A stretch of DNA of 64,000 nt, taken from Scyliorhinus canicula. Taxonomy: Eukaryota. The position numbers and the translations under genes were made by a program. The stretch spans positions 38,493,729-38,557,728 of the forward strand of contig NC_052158.1 in NCBI RefSeq assembly GCF_902713615.1, given 5' to 3'. Below the pieces are notes generated by a model. The model was given only the letters and a program-made list of their open reading frames with translations, did not search any database and had not been told where the DNA came from. Within the stretch, counting starts at the first letter, position 1. Every line of letters starts with the position of its first letter. Positions 1 through 13,079 of this stretch are shown here, in pieces.

Positions 1-186
1 ATTTATTTTTAAGTTCTTTTGTTGTTCATTGGGGTTGGGGGGGGGGGGGGGGATGTGGTACATGCGTCGATACGGTCTGGGGAGTGTTACAATTATTATG
101 GGTTATTTTGTTGCATTTCATTGTTTGTCGTTATGTTTTATATTTTCTGTAAAAAATTCCAATAAAAATTATTTAAAAAAAAAAAA
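1..186 (+). mobile_element. 3' end of an L1 LINE
   Basis: aataaaaattattt plus A-run, matching the 3' end of the full-length L1 (17861-17880). Confidence 0.7.
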
Positions 187-344
187 CTTTTCTTAAATGC
201 TGTGAGAGTTCTCGTCTTGACCACACTTTCAGGCAGTGAGGTCCAGATTCCCACCACCCTCTGGATGAAAAAGGCTTTCTTCACATCCACTGTAAATCTC
301 CTTCTCCTTACCTCATATCTATGACCCCCTTGTTATAAATGGGC

Positions 345-2555
345 AAAGTACTAAATTAGTACTTTGCATCAGTGTTCACCAAAGAAAGGAGGCTGGATTC
401 TCCCCACTCCAATGCCAAAATAAGCTGGTGCTGGGGTGGAGAATCCATTTTGGCGCACAACATCGGGACCGGGGCCAGTTCCCTGATTCTCCAGGCCCCA
501 AAACGCGGCGTACCCGGAGAGTGCACCGTGCCGCATATCACCTACCTGTGGCTATTGCTGGAGGCCTACCCTGCCCCCAACTGGCTGAAGTCCCGACGAA
601 TTGGACCTAACATGGTCCTGTCGGTCGGGATACTAGCGTGGTGGCTGCGGGCCGATCGGAGGGCAGTGGGGGCCTTATACGTGGCCGGGCAATGTTTGGG
701 CGCGCGGCCAATCGGGGCACTATGTTAAGGTCCAGCTCCGCGGTCCGAATCTGCCATGGAGCACGGCGCGGCCGCTGGAGGCCACCGCTGTGCGCATGTG
801 CGGCTTCCGACCCAGAAGTGCGGGGGGCCCGTATCTGCAGCAAAAGCTGCCAGATTTACTCTGATACCCTGCTAGCCCCCTGCAGGGCTCGGAATATGTG
901 GCCCTTTCACACCAGTTTTTCTGGCATGAAAGTCCACAGTTTTTACGATGGCTTGGGGACATATTCTCAAAAACAGAGAATCCAGCCCAGGGGTTATGTG
1001 GAAGATGATTCATGGGTAGGGTGTGTGGATAGTCTGGGTCATGTTGACATCAAAAAGGAGGAGGTATTGGGTGTTTTAAAAGACATTAAGGTGGATACGT
1101 CACCTGATGGGATTTACCTCAGAATACTGAGGAAAGCAAGGGAGGAAATTACTGGGGTTTTCACTGACATCTTTGGATCCTCATTCACTACAGGTGAGGT
1201 CCCAGAGAACTGGAGAATAGATAATGTGGTACCGCTGTTTAAGAGTGTTTAAGAAAGGTAGCAGGGATAATCTTGGAAACTATAGGATGGTGAGCCTCAC
1301 CTTGGTAGTAGGTAAATTATTGGACAGAATTCTCGGGGACAGGATTTATACCCATTTGGAAACAAATGGACTCATTAACAATAGACAACATGGTTTTATG
1401 AAGGAGAGGCCGTGCCTGACATGATCAAGTTTTTTGAGGAGGTGACAAAGATAATTGATGAGGGGAGGCAGTGGATGCTGTCTATATGGACTTCAGTAAA
1501 GCCTTTGACAAAGTGCCTCATGGCAGACTTTCACAAAAGGTGAAGTCACACGGGATCAGAGGTGAGATCGTAAGATGGATACAGAACTGGCTCGGTCACA
1601 GAAGTCAAAGGATATCATAGAAGGTTGTTTTTCTGAATGGAAGGTTGTGACTAGTGGTGTTCCACAGGGATCGGTGCTGGGGCCCCTGTTGTTTGTAGTA
1701 TACATAAATGAGTTGGAGGAAAATATAGCCGGTCTGATTAGTAAGTTCGCGGATGACACCAAGGTTGGTGGAGTGGCAGATAGTGTTGAGGATTGTCAGA
1801 GGATTCAGCAGGACATAGATAGGTTGGAGACTCGGGCAGAAAAATAGCAAATGAAGTCTAATCCAGACAAATGTGAGGTAATGCATTTTGGTAGGTCTGA
1901 CATAGAGGAGAAATATACTGTAAATGGCAAAGCTCTTAAGAATATAGAAAGTCAGAGAGATCTGGGCGTGCAGGTCGACAGATCTTTGAAAGTGGCAATA
2001 CAAATAGACCAGGTAGTCGAGAAAGCATACGGAATGCTTGCCTTCATTGGATGGGGCATTGAGTATAAAACTTTACAAATCATGCTGCAGTTGTATAGAA
2101 CCTTGGTCAGGCCGCATGTGGAATATTGTATACAATTCTGGTCGCCACACTACCACAAGGATGTGGAGGCTTTGGAGAGGGTGCAGAGGAGGTTTACCAG
2201 GATGCTGCCTGGTCTGGCTATGTGGAGAGGCTGAATAGACTCGGACTGTTTTCACTAGAACGACGGAGGTTGAGGGACAACCTGATAGAGATTCTGAGAG
2301 GTGTGGATAGAGTGGATGGGCAGGCACTTTCCCAGGGTGGAGGGGTCAGTCACCAAAGGGGAAAGGTTTCAGGTCCATGGGGCAACGTTTAGAGGAGATG
2401 TGCAAGGCAAGGTTTTTACACAGAGGGTGCTGAGTGCCTGGGGAGGTTGTAGAAGCAGATACATTAACAAGGCATCAAGAGGCATCAGACGTTCAAAAGG
2501 CATCAGATACATGGATAGAATGTGTATAGAGGGATACGTCACAAGGAAGTGCTGA
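345..2555 (+). mobile_element. CR1 LINE ORF2 (RT) fragment with frameshifts, interrupted by a MITE
   Basis: GVPQGSVLGP, FADDTK, KSNPDKC and LERVQRRFTRMLPG motifs spread over several short ORFs. Confidence 0.9.
390..988. mobile_element. Harbinger-type MITE, copy 1
   Basis: TIRs (A/G)GGCTGGATTCTC...GAGAATCCAGCCC and AGG TSD (387-389, 989-991); the CR1 frame rejoins across it. Confidence 0.8.
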
Positions 2556-2639
2556 AGGTTTTAACCAAGGTTGGTATCATGACCGGTACAGGCTTGAAGG
2601 GCCGAAGGGACTGATCCTGTGCTGTATTGTTCTTTGTTC

Positions 2640-3715
2640 TTTGTTATTGAACCCTCTACTAAGGGGAAAAGATTCCTCCAATCTACCACATCTGTGTGCT
2701 TCATAATTTTGCATACCTCAATCAGTCCTCCCTCAGCCTTCACTACTCTGAGAAAAATAACCCCAGTTTAACCAACCTCTTCATAGTTGAATCACTCCAG
2801 CCCAGGCAACATCCTGGTGAATTTCCTCCACCATTTCCAGTGCTATCACATCCTTTCTACAGTATGCTGTCCAGAACTGCACATAGTACTCGATCTGTAG
2901 CCTAACACATGTTTTATACAGCTCCATCATAACCTCCCTGTTCTTATATTCTATGCCTCTGCTACAAAAGGCAAGTATCTAATTTGTCTTTGTAACCACC
3001 TTATCTACCTGCCTTGCTGTCTTCAGAGATCTTTGGACATGTACCACAAGGTCACTGTGATCTTTACTTCCTGGCATCCTACCACCCATTGTCACAGAGT
3101 CACAGAGGTATACAGCACAGAAAAGGCCCTTCAGCCCACCGCATCTACGCTGGTCAAAGACCACCACCAAATGATTCTAACCCTATTCTCCAGCACTTGA
3201 TGTCTTGTCATCACAAATGCACATCTAAATACTTCTTAAATGTTATGAGGATTTCTGCCTCCACCACCATCTCAGGCAGCGAGTTCCAGACTCCCACAAC
3301 CCTCTGGATGAAAAGCTTTTCCTCGCATTTCCTCTAAACTTCCTGCCCCTTACCTGAAATCAATGGCTTCTGGTCATTGACCCTCCACCAAGTGGAAAGG
3401 TTTCTTCCAATCCACTCTATCTCTGCCCTTCATAATTTCATACATCTCAATCCTGTCCCGCCTCAGGCTCCTCTGCTCTAAGGAAAAGAACCCCAGTCTA
3501 TCCAATCTCTCTTCATAACTGAATCACTCCAGCCCAGGCAACATTGTGGTAAATCTTCTCTTCACCATTTCCAGTGCTAACACATCCTTTCTATAGTGTG
3601 GTGACCAGAACTGCACCAGACCAATACTCTGGCTGTGGCCTAACCAGCGTTTTATACAGCATTATAAACTCACTGCTCTTATATTCGATGCTTCAGCTCA
3701 TAAAGACAATTATCT
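2640..3715 (-). mobile_element. Stacked CR1 3' fragments
   Basis: Repeated reverse-complement CR1 3' motifs (gaccagaactgcacacagtactc; cagcccaggcaacatcctggtgaa). Confidence 0.75.
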
Positions 3716-4075
3716 CAGATTCCAAACATATTCAAAAGTAAATAACTAAATAAATCCAAAACCATTCTCCACACCTCACAGATCACATTTTGTGCAGGTT
3801 TTTCCCCCTTTTCACCCCCTTCCCCCACTCCCTTCCCTCTCCCCAACGATGAACAATTCCTCAAACATGGTTATGTACAGCCCGACTGTATCTCAAACCC
3901 CTCCGCTGATTCGCTCAATTCGAACCTGATTTTTTCCAGCTGAAGAAAGTCGTACAGATCTGCCAGCTAGGCCACCGCCCCCAGTAGTGTTGTCGACCGC
4001 CATACCAACAGAATCCTTCGCCGGTCAACAAGAGAGGCGAAGGCCACAATGTCGGCCTCCCTCCCCTCCATCATG
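3716..4075 (-). mobile_element. L1 3' fragment
   Basis: AFASLVDRRRILLVW matches the ORF2 C-terminus AFTSLVARRRILIQW of the intact L1. Confidence 0.75.
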
Positions 4076-5094
4076 GTTTCATGTAATAAGCTAAAACAAT
4101 GGCTCACACCTTCATGGAATATAACTATCTCAGGAAGCATCTGGAAAAGCATGGATGAGAGTTTCAATTGAATTAAGTGACGAATGTTTAAAGCAGGCAG
4201 GTCTTTCAAGTCATAACCAAGTTAAATTTTAGCATACAGCTAAAAGCAAAGTTTCACAGCTTAATTAAAATAAACTCTCTTAGTAAACAGCTGGAAAGGA
4301 TGGATGATGCTCAGTCGAATTTGGTGTCAATTCTAAGTGTAAAATTCTACGAACATCAAGTCAATTAAAAGAAAATTGGAGACGACCTGTCTACGAGAGA
4401 TATAATTTAAAGTCAAAATCAAAGGCAAAGTTATGAGCTGGGGACAATTGGAAAATTAAATGATTCGAAATCACAGAAATAAAAGTAACTATTGAAACCA
4501 AAGCATTTTTAAATCAGATCTGAGAGGTGACGTTATGCCCAAAATGAATAATTAGTTGTATTAAAATGTTTACATCAAAGATACTTTTTAACTATCAAAG
4601 TGAAACAAGCTCATTTACAATAATGTCGTTAAAACTTAATAACTCTTCGAAAGAGAATATAAACCCGAAAAAAGGGGACAGCCAGCAGGGCCAGCTCTCA
4701 CAGCTCGGTACATAGGAAGGATAGGACACAGCAACCGAGTTCACCAGCGAATACATCTCAAGATGACCAGATTCTAAAGAAGATTGATTGTCAAGGTGGG
4801 CCTGAAGGTCCCTTCAACCAACAGGAAGGATCCAGAAGCAAGATCTTTTTACCTTTCTGTTAAGAAAGTGTTTACAGCTTTTTTTAAAAAAAATTATAAT
4901 AATAACTTAAAAGTTTTAACCTGAAACAGTGGTTATTAGCCTACTTTACTTACTTAACAACGCAGGACCCAGCTACTAAGGGGTAAGTAGGTAAAATTCT
5001 TCGGTGAAGGTATGGGTTATACCGGGGGATAACTTGAATATATAGTTTGACCTGAATAGCACCCACTGAAGCCTGCATCGGAGTCAGGCAGTGA

Positions 5095-5570
5095 GAATCC
5101 CTGTTCACCATTTAGAATATCGACCCTTTTTTGGTAAAGGGGGAATTCTAAGAATAGTGGTGAGTTTTAACTTCACCTATGTCCTGATAGATTCGGACCC
5201 TGTTCCCCTCCCATTCGCAGTTCCGCTTCTCCCTTGCCCACCATGGGATCTTCTCCTTCCCCACAAACTTGTGAAGCCTCGCAATCACCACCTCCGGCTG
5301 ATCCCCCGTTCTCAATTTCTGCCTTATGGACCTGTGTGCCCTTTCCACCTCCGGGGCCTTGTCCAGCACCCTCTCCGCCACCAGCCCCGGCAACATCCTT
5401 GAGACATATCTCGTGGCACCCATGCCTTCCACACTCTCTGGTAAGCCAATGACATGCAGATTCTGCCTTCTGGATCTGTTCTCCTGCTCCTGTACCTTTG
5501 CCCTTAGCGACTTGCAAAAGTGCCCAGGAGCCCCACCACTGCCACCAATGGCACCACCCAATCACTGTGA
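5095..5570 (-). mobile_element. L1 ORF1 fragment
   Basis: RSRRQNLHVIGLPESVEG...EVERAHR...NRVRIYQD is homologous to ORF1 at 12234-13079. Confidence 0.85.
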
Positions 5571-5649
5571 TTGAACATCACTTTCTTCATCTCCCGGAAA
5601 TGTAACCTCGTGCCTCTAGACACTTCTCGACTCTCCATTATAAAATGAC

Positions 5650-5982
5650 AGAATTTACAGTGCAGAATGAGGTCATTGGGCCATTAAGTCTCACCGGCCG
5701 TTGGAAAGTGCACCCTATTTCAGCCCCCACCTCCAAACCATCATCATTACCCAGTAACCCCACTTAACCTTTTGGAGACGAAGGGGCAATTTAGCATGGC
5801 CAATCCACCTAACCTGCACATATTTGGACTGTGGGAGGAAACCGGAGCACCTGAAGGAAACCCACGCAGACACGGGAAGAAAGTGCAAACTCCGCACAGA
5901 CTGTGACCCAAGGCCAGAATTGAACCCAGGAGCCTAGAGCTGTGAGGCAGCAATGCTAATCACTGTACCACCATGCCACCCA
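5650..5982 (-). mobile_element. tRNA-derived V-SINE (HE1-like), long CR1-tailed form
   Basis: tRNA-like head, V-domain core (gggtttcctcc...ggtttcctcccacagtccaaa...ggattggccatgctaaattgccc) and CR1-like tail. Confidence 0.8.
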
Positions 5983-7036
5983 TCGACCCTTTCAGGTGTA
6001 CTACCGCTCCCTCGATGGCCTTCGACTGATCTTCATTCATCTCCTATCGCTGCTGGTGGAACTCCTCTCTAATAAATGCCAGCAACTGCTTCATCTGAGT
6101 TAGCACTCCCTCAAGCCTTGCTCCAGAGTGTTTCTTTTGATTTGTGTGTTTAAGCCCTGGAGTGGGAGTTGAATTTTGACCTCTGCGATTCAGGGAGATA
6201 AGTGCACTACTAGCTCAGTCACTGCTGACACACATGGTCAGTAACAAAGGAGGGTATTGCCACCACTTCTTTGTGTTACATTCGGGGGGGGGGGGGGGGG
6301 GAGCAGGGGGGGTGGGGGGGGCGGTAATGTTTTGTGCATCTAATGCTTTAATGTTATTTGTAACTGTGAAATAAATCTTTAAATAAAAAAGATTTTTATT
6401 GGGGGGGGGTTGTTGGGTTACGGGTATAGGGTAGATACATGGGTTTGAGTAGGGTGATAATTGCTCGGCACAACATTGAGGGCCGAAGGGCCTGTTCTGT
6501 GCTGTACCTTTCTATGTTCTAATTGCGCATGATTAAAGTCACTCATCCCTCTGGCTAATATAGTAAATTCACCGTGAAAACTCTCCAAGGCTTGATGGTT
6601 GAAAAATGCCAACTGTTGAGATGCATTAAATTATTGGTGGTGGTGAAGTAACCACTAGAGGGCAACCACATCCCATTCATCAACAGGATTTCCTGGCCAC
6701 AGACGCTGTGGTCAGTTAGCTCGGTCACTCTTGGCCTGGTCACTCTTGGCCTGGAACTTCCGTACCATCCTCTGGCGCACGGAGTGGGTACGCCGCACAT
6801 GCGCAGCAGGACTATGCTGAAAAATAGAAAAACCTTTTGTACTGTACAATAAATGAAAACAAACGGCAATATATATAATTTTGAAAATGTCATTAAAAAG
6901 ATATTTTTTTAAACGACTATGCAGAAGTCCCGATGCACAGACATGCGCGCTGAAAGTGCGCCAAGTTCAAATTTCTGCTCCTGTGTCTTTCAAGTCCATT
7001 GAGCAGCACTGAAATATGAAGGCCCATAACCTATGT

Positions 7037-7333
7037 GGGCAGCATGGTAGCACAAGTGGATAGCACTGTGGCTTCACAGCGCCAGGGACTGTGTGGAATC
7101 TGCACGTTCTTCCCGTGTCTGCGTGGGTTTCCTCTGGATGCTCCGGTTTCCTCCCACAATCCAAAGACGTGCCGGTTAGGTGGATTGGCCATGATAAATT
7201 GCCCTTAGTGACCAAAAAGGTTAGGAGGGGTTATTGGGTTACGGGGGTCAGGTGGAAGTGAGGGCTTAAGTGGGTCAGTGCAGACTTGGTAAGCTGCATG
7301 ACCTCCTTCTGCACAGTATGTTCTATGTTCTAT
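7037..7333 (+). mobile_element. V-SINE long form, internally deleted
   Basis: Same head and core; (ttctatg)n tail. Confidence 0.8.
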
Positions 7334-7799
7334 GTAACCATGGTCCGCTCATTCTGAGGTAGAAAAGTGCCCACTTAACAACGCTCCAAAATCGCAATGA
7401 GATTTCTGACTCCAGTCGCCGCCTTGGGCCTATGTCGGGACACTCTGCGCAGGCTACCCTGCGGCACAGTTTGAATGTAGCCTCTCTCCCTTGTGACAAA
7501 ATTAAGACAATGCCCATTGAGGTCAGGGATTTAAATTGCAGCTGTATATTGAAGGCAAAAGGCAACAGGTTTCACAGCTGTTCTGACGGGATCAATGTTA
7601 TTTTAATCATTTTTTTTTTTGTTCTTTTATGGACATTTTTCATTTTATTTTTTAATTTAAAATGATTATTATTTAATATTCATAAGTTTTGTCATTTGTT
7701 ATAAATCTGTGAAACTACTATTTAAATTTGCACTGTATAACTTTACGTGTGACATGCTTAAAAATGTTTGTGTGTTTCCATTTAGAATGTGGCAACTGA

Positions 7800-9000
7800 A
7801 AATTCAGGTGGGAAGAAGAGAAGATGTGGCACCCCATGCCCCACCCCTGCCACTGGCAACCTGAAGCCAGACACCTTGGCACTGTTAGCCTGGTACCCGT
7901 GCAGTGTCACAGTCAGCTTGGCAATGCCACCCAGTTACTCTGGCAGTCAGGTGACGAGGTGCCAGGCTGGCAGTGCCAAAGTGACTGGGTGCCAGAGGGA
8001 GTGCGAGGATACCACCCTGCCCAGCGCCTGACCATCTGGAAGTCTGCAATGGTCTGGGAGAATCCCCCAGATGCCATTACATCTGATCCACAATTGTGTG
8101 GACCAATACTTAATACCGCCCGATTAAAGCCTCGCTGGCGAGACCGTTCGTTCCCAGGCCCTGGGGGAATATGGTGCAGGCATATTTAAATGAGCCTAAT
8201 AGCTCATTTAAATATGCTGATCAGGATCACGTCAGTGTGGGCAAGATCTAGATCGCAACGTGTTGTAAGGTTCAGTTGAATCTCAAGCATCGCGAATCCC
8301 GTGAGAGGCCAACGCCTCGTTGCATCACCAAATCGGGTGCGATGCGGCCAGGAAATCCCATCTAATGGTTCTGTTCTCCAAATACAGGAGGGAGTGGAGG
8401 TGAGAGGTGAGGGGGAAGGAGCAAGGGAGGGAGAGAGGGGAGGGGAGTGACGCAAAGGGTGAAGGAGGGGAGGGAGTTGGTGGGAGGGAATGAAGGAGAG
8501 GGAGGTGAGGGCAAAGAAGGGGGAATAAGACGGGGAGGGCAAATTAGAGGGGGAATGGAGGGAAAGTTCACTGTCTACAAGCAGCAGCTGCTAGGCAACC
8601 CAAACTACTCTTGATTCACCTGGAAGCTGGGCTTGCACACCTGCACCAGGAGATACTACTGCAACAAGCTCCGTATTGCCCTCCTCCCGCTCCTCCACTT
8701 CTGCTTGCAAGACATCTTCTGGGTGAATGCTCAGTCTACACTGAAGGGCAATGTTGTGCAGTGCACAATGCACTAAAACTGACACGAGTTTCATGTTCAT
8801 TGTTCAGGCAGTACGGCGGTTACTATTCGGCTTCAGCTCTTCCTTCAACATTTCACAAAGGAGCTCCGTTTCTCCCTTGCTGAAACACAGTCTCCTGGCA
8901 CACATCTCCTCTGATATTATTTCATAAGATGCCCTTTGTCTATACACCTTATGGTTGGGTAATTGATTTCCTTCCTCACCAGGCAGACATATAGCCTGAC
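7800..9000 (-). mobile_element. Internally deleted Harbinger transposon relic
   Basis: Minus-strand VYRQRASYEIISEEMCARRLCFSKGETELLCEMLKEEL (HARBI1-like N-terminus) is joined directly to HCALHNIA plus an acidic tail (C-terminus). Confidence 0.65.
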
Positions 9001-9194
9001 TCCAGATTTTGAATTTGCACTGGATTCTGCAATACCAGTCAGAGAGATAATTCACATTACCTTACAGGAGGCTTGCATGCGTCAACTAAGGCATTATTAA
9101 TGTAAAGTATTTGAAGCAATCACTGAGGATTTAAGGATCAACATGAGACAAGGAACAGAGAGCGAGTGCAGCTGAACACCTGGCTATAGGGCTG

Positions 9195-11240
9195 GTGCAG
9201 GAGGGAAGGCTTCAGATATGTAAATCATCGGGATACCTTCTGGGGAAGGTGAGACCTGTACGTGAAGGACGGGTTGTACCTAAACTGGAGGGGCACCAAT
9301 ATTCTGGGGCGGGAGGTTTTCTGGTGCTCTTCGGGAGGGTTGAAACTAGTTTGACAGGGGAGTGGGTACCAGAGCTACGGATCAGAGGATAGGTTAGCTG
9401 TTGAACAGGCAGAAATAGTATGCAGCGAGTCTGTGAAGAAGGAAGGCAGTCGGTAGGGCGATGTTACACTCAGTGGGATGGGTTCAAGTGTGTCTGTTTC
9501 AATGCAAAGAGTGTCAGGAATAAGGGAGATGAATATAGAGCATGGATCAGTACTTGGAACTACGATGTTGTGACCATTACGGAGAAATGGATTTCACAGG
9601 GGCAGGAATGGTTGTCAGATGTTCCGGGGTTTAGATGTTTTAAGAAGAATAGGGAGGGAGGTAAAAGAGGACGGGGAGTGGCACTGTTAATTAGGGAGTG
9701 CATCACAGCTGCAGAACAGGAGGTAGCTGAGGAGGGTTTGTCTACTGAGTCAGTATGGGTGGAAGTCAGAAACAAGAAAGGAGCAGTCACTTTATTGGGA
9801 GTTTTCTATAGACCCCCCAATAGCAGCAGAGAGATAGAGGAACAGATTGGGCGACAGATCTTGGAAAAGTGCAGAAGTAACAGAGTTGTTGTCATGGGTG
9901 ACTTGAACTTCCCTAATATTGACTGGAACCTCCTTAGTGCAAATGGTTTGAATGGAGCAGATTTTGTCAGGTGTATCCAGGAAGGATTCCTGACTCAATA
10001 TGTAGATAGGCCGGCTAGGGAGGAAGCCATATTGGATTTGGTGCTTGGCAACGAACCAGACCAGGTGTCGGATGTCTCGGTGGGAGAACATTTAGGTGAC
10101 AGTGACCACGACTCCTTGACCTTCACCTAGTCATGGCGAGGGATAAGAACAGACAGTATGAGAAGGTATTTAATTGGGGGAGGGGAAATTATACTGCTAT
10201 TAGGCAGGAGCTGAGAAGCATAAATTGGGCACAGTTGTTCTCAGGGAAATGCACAACAGTAATGTGGGGATTGTTTAAGGAGCACATGCTGCGAGTGCTG
10301 GATAGTTTTGTCCCACTGAGACAAGGAAGGAATGGGAAGTTGAAAGAGCCTTGGATGACAAGAGAAGTGGAGCTTCTATTCAAGAGGAAGAAGGAAGCTT
10401 ACGTAAGGTTGAGGAAACAAGGATCTGACACGGCTTTACAGGGTTACAAGGTAGCCAGGAAGGAACTCAAAAATGGACTGAGGAGAGCTAGAAAGGGGCA
10501 TGAAAAAGCCCTGGTGGGAAGGATTTGGGAAAACCGCAAGGCATTCTACACTTATTTGAGAAATAAGAGGATGATCAGAGTGAGAGTTGTGCTGATCGGG
10601 CATAGTGGAGGGAACTTGTGCCTTGAGTCTAGAGGTAGGGGAGGCCCTAAATGAATATTTTGCTTCAGTATTCACTAGAGGTTTTGCTGCAGTTTTATAA
10701 AACTCTGGTTAGACCACACTTGGAATATTGTGTCCAGTTCTGGTCGTCTCATTATAGGAAGGATGTAGATGCTTTGGAGAGGGGGCAGAGGAAATTTACC
10801 AGGATGTTGCTTGGGCTGGAAGGTATATCTTATGAAGAAAGGTTGAGGGAGCTAGCACTTTTCTCACTGGAACGAAGAAGGAAGAGTGGTAATAGAGTGC
10901 ATAAGGTGATGAGAGGCATGAATAGAGTGGATAGACAGAGACTTCCCCAGGGTGGAAACAGCTGTCACGAGGTTGCATGATTTTAAGATGATTGGAGGAA
11001 AGTAAAGAGGAGATGTCAGAGGTAGGTTCTGTACACAGAGAGTGGTGGGTGCGTGGAATGCACTGCCAGTGGAGGTGGTGGAGTCAGAGTGATTAGGGAC
11101 ATTTACGCGACTCTTGGACAGGCACATGGAGAGCAGTAAATTGAAGGGTGTAGGTTAGGTTGATCTTAGATTAGGATAAATGGATAAGAACATGGGCCGA
11201 AGGTCCTGTACTGTGCTGTACTGTTCTATGTTCTATAGCA
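9195..11240 (+). mobile_element. CR1 LINE: ORF1 end, ORF2 AP endonuclease, internal deletion near 10680, 3' tail
   Basis: NAKSVRNK, GVFYRPPN, MGDLNFP and LGDSDH endonuclease motifs; jumps to LLQFYKTLVRPHLEYC; ttctatgttcta tail. Confidence 0.9.
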
Positions 11241-11319
11241 TCAGGGAGACTCTAAAACACAGCTTTAAATACATTATAAAATTCAAATATGCTTTAGCTC
11301 CGAATCAGCTGGGACGACA

Positions 11320-11800
11320 GGCATGCTAATATTAGTGTCCTTGAAAGGACCAAGAGCACCATCATCGAGGCCAGGATCATCTGGAACCAACTACACTGGG
11401 CCGCCCATATGCTTAGAATGTCAGAGTCCCAGCTGCCAGAGCAAATCTTCTTCACCCAACTCAAGGAAGGATCCCAAACAAGAGAAGGACAAAGGAAGCT
11501 CTTCAAAGACACCTTGTAGGCTTACCTCAAGAAATGAAACATCGTCGACAATGCCTGGGAGACCTTTCCTCAGAAGAGATCTGCTTGGAGGAACATCTTG
11601 ATTGAAGGGACACAATTCTTTGAAGACACCTAACAGCACGAGGAGGCTGGGAAAAGGAGCCTGAGAATTGAATACCGGTAATCAAGAGTCCAAGTACCTC
11701 ACAAAAGCACCTGCGAAGTGTACGATTGAAGATGCGGCTTTAGGATTGGGTTTATCACCCACAAAACCCGTGACCAGTAACATAGAGTATCTTAGGTGGG
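11320..11800 (+). mobile_element. RTE (BovB-like) LINE 3' fragment
   Basis: QLHWAAHMLRMSESQLPEQIFF...GQRKLFKDTL resembles the RTE ORF C-terminus. Confidence 0.65.
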
Positions 11801-12233
11801 CAATCATACTCTTTAGCGAGTGATCTCCGAAGATTACATACACTTCAAATGCACTCTACCTATTATAGTTCCTTTAATGGAAATAACATCTTCATGACAA
11901 ACCAAACTTTAAATAGAATTTTTCTTCCACTTTCTATGACTCCGTTCTTATTTTATACATAAAAGTACAATTTAATGGAATTAAAAGCCCTTTCGACAAA
12001 CCAAACTTTAAGAGATATAGATCATTGTTTCATTTTATGCATATTTTAAACATATTTATAAACACTATTAAAAAAGATTAACTCACTTCCGGTTGCGGCT
12101 ATGACCAGCTAAGTCGCACGTTTGGTTGCTCCTGTTAGGAAGGTGTTTTCGGGCCGATTGGAGGGCCCCTAACGGCGCTGGAACGGCAATTCCCGGTGGG
12201 GGAAGGTTCCCAGAGGAGAACCCCGTCAAATTT

Positions 12234-13079
12234 ATGGTCGTCACCCGAAGTGGGGCAGGAAAAAAAGCGGCAGCAGCTCCCCGAAAAAAGCGGGGGAAGA
12301 AATCCAAAATGGCGGCCGGCGGCGCACCCGAGGACTGGAGGACATGGGCGGCGGAGCAGCAGGCCGCTCTCCTGCGCTTCTTCACGGAGCTGAAAGTGGA
12401 GCTGCTGGAGTCGATGAACGCGACGACCACCAGGCTGATGGGGGCACAGGCGACCCAAGAGGCGTCAATTCGGGAGCTGCAGCAGGAGATGACTGTGAGG
12501 GAGGAGGAGGCCACGGTCCTCGTGGGAAAGGTGGAGGTGCATGAGGCACTCCACCTGAGATGGCAAAACCGATTGGAGGAGATGGATACCCGCATGAGGC
12601 GGAAAAACCTGAGGATCCTGGGCCTGGCAGAAGGGCTGGAGGGGTCGGACCTCCAGGGGTATGTGGCAGAAATGCTGGGCTCACTGATGGGGGCAGGGGC
12701 CGTCCCTTCGCCCCTGGAATTGGAGGAGGCCTACAGAGTAATGGCCAGGAAGCCAAGAGCAAACGAACCCCCGAGGGCGGTGCTGGTTCGGTTCCAGCGA
12801 TTCAGTGACCGGGAGAGGGTGCTGAGGTGGGCCAAGAGAGAGAGGAGCAGCAAATGGGAGAACTCGACGGTGAGGATCTTTCAGGACTGGAGTGCGGAGG
12901 TGGCAAAGCGGCGGGCCCGGTTCAACCGGACGAAGGCGGTGCTGCATGCCAAGAGAATTAGATTCGGGATGCTGCAGCCAGCGCGCTTGTGGGTGACCTA
13001 CAAGGACCAGCACCACTATTTCGAGTCCCCGGAGGAGGCGTGGGCCTTTGTCCAGGAAGAAAAGCTGGACTCGAACTAG
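12234..13079 (+). CDS. L1 ORF1p (coiled coil, RRM, CTD)
   Basis: Open frame with RRKNLRILGLAEG, LELEEAYR, PRAVLVRF and VRIFQDWS. First ATG at 12234; the ORF track's 12126 start is TTG. Confidence 0.9.
   Translation: MVVTRSGAGKKAAAAPRKKRGKKSKMAAGGAPEDWRTWAAEQQAALLRFFTELKVELLESMNATTTRLMGAQATQEASIRELQQEMTVREEEATVLVGKVEVHEALHLRWQNRLEEMDTRMRRKNLRILGLAEGLEGSDLQGYVAEMLGSLMGAGAVPSPLELEEAYRVMARKPRANEPPRAVLVRFQRFSDRERVLRWAKRERSSKWENSTVRIFQDWSAEVAKRRARFNRTKAVLHAKRIRFGMLQPARLWVTYKDQHHYFESPEEAWAFVQEEKLDSN

Noticed and set aside
12126-12233. N-terminal extension of L1 ORF1 in the ORF track
   Set aside because: It begins at TTG; the first ATG is at 12234, so this is 5'UTR.
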